From NCBI GenBank assembly GCA_050943735.1, contig JBMNPT010000007.1, positions 51,220 through 115,219 on the forward strand: a DNA stretch of 64,000 nt. The letters run 5' to 3'. The notes below the pieces were generated by a model, which saw only the letters and a list, made by a program, of their open reading frames with translations, had not been told where the DNA came from and ran no database searches. Source of the DNA: Eubacteriales bacterium. GTDB lineage: Bacteria > Bacillota > Clostridia > Oscillospirales > RGIG577. Positions 63,877-64,000 of this stretch are shown in pieces (position 1 is the first letter of the stretch; every line of letters begins with the position of its first letter). The translations under genes were made by a program, and so were the position numbers.

Positions 63877-64000
63877 ATGAAACAGATTGAAGCCTTTTTG
63901 GAATGGGGCGGGGTCAAAAAAGATGTCATTTGTCTGGTGGTTTCGGGAGTGGCATTGCTGCTCAGTATGCTCCACCTGCCGGGATTGCCTTTTGATCCTG
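63877..64000 (+). CDS. 5' end of a probable heavy-metal-translocating P-type ATPase (truncated by window edge)
   Basis: The ATG follows AGGAGG. MKQIEAFLEWGGVKKDVICLVVSGVALLLSMLHLPGLPFDP has a hydrophobic start. Assignment rests on CsoR and operator context only. Confidence 0.45.
   Translation, partial: MKQIEAFLEWGGVKKDVICLVVSGVALLLSMLHLPGLPFDP

Noticed and set aside
1-64000. CRISPR arrays, transposases, integrases, prophage genes, toxin-antitoxin pairs or known defence systems.
   Set aside because: I saw no regularly spaced repeats, no IS-like inverted repeats flanking ORFs, and no ORF with recombinase, nuclease or defence-type motifs. The window reads as conserved core chromosome.

Overview
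This 64-kb window looks like core chromosome of a GC-rich (mid-to-high 50s % by eye) anaerobic Firmicute of the class Clostridia. The gene content includes butyryl-CoA:acetate CoA-transferase, class III RNR, an alpha/beta-type SASP, DUF1540 and an SLH protein. From this I infer, without proof, an Oscillospiraceae/Ruminococcaceae-type gut butyrate producer. I call about 64 protein genes, one tRNA-Tyr, many intrinsic terminators and several sigma-70-type promoters and operators. Recognisable blocks are:
- ptsI
- a PadR-DUF1700 membrane module, a two-component system and tandem PepSY proteins
- nrdD/nrdG
- galU
- rpsF-ssb-rpsR
- wecB, rsmF-like and yihY
- a YtrA-type GntR regulator with an ABC transporter
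- the CoA-transferase
- RNase J
- yybS-gdpP-rplI-dnaB-tilS-hpt-ftsH
- nspC and aroE
- an aminotransferase, trpS and tagO
- SASP, recG, rnhA, mnmA and a dCMP deaminase
- trkAH
- the fruR-fruK-fruA-ptsH operon
- a MacAB-like efflux system, an SLH protein and a second two-component system
- csoR with a P-type ATPase

I see no CRISPR array, transposase, integrase, phage gene or recognisable defence system, and no clear novel multi-gene system.

The observations most worth a second look are:
1. The class III RNR has its canonical glycyl-radical motif on a separate 60-aa ORF.
2. The nrdD control region contains two perfect inverted DnaA boxes and an NrdR box.
3. A duplicated tRNA-Tyr 3' end, with a tRNA-like remnant, lies directly downstream of tRNA-Tyr.
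4. A structured leader of about 430 nt with repeated GAAAA tracts lies upstream of RNase J.
5. The HPr paralog linked to the fru operon lacks Ser46.

All calls come from reading the sequence and ORF translations by eye. No database search was run.
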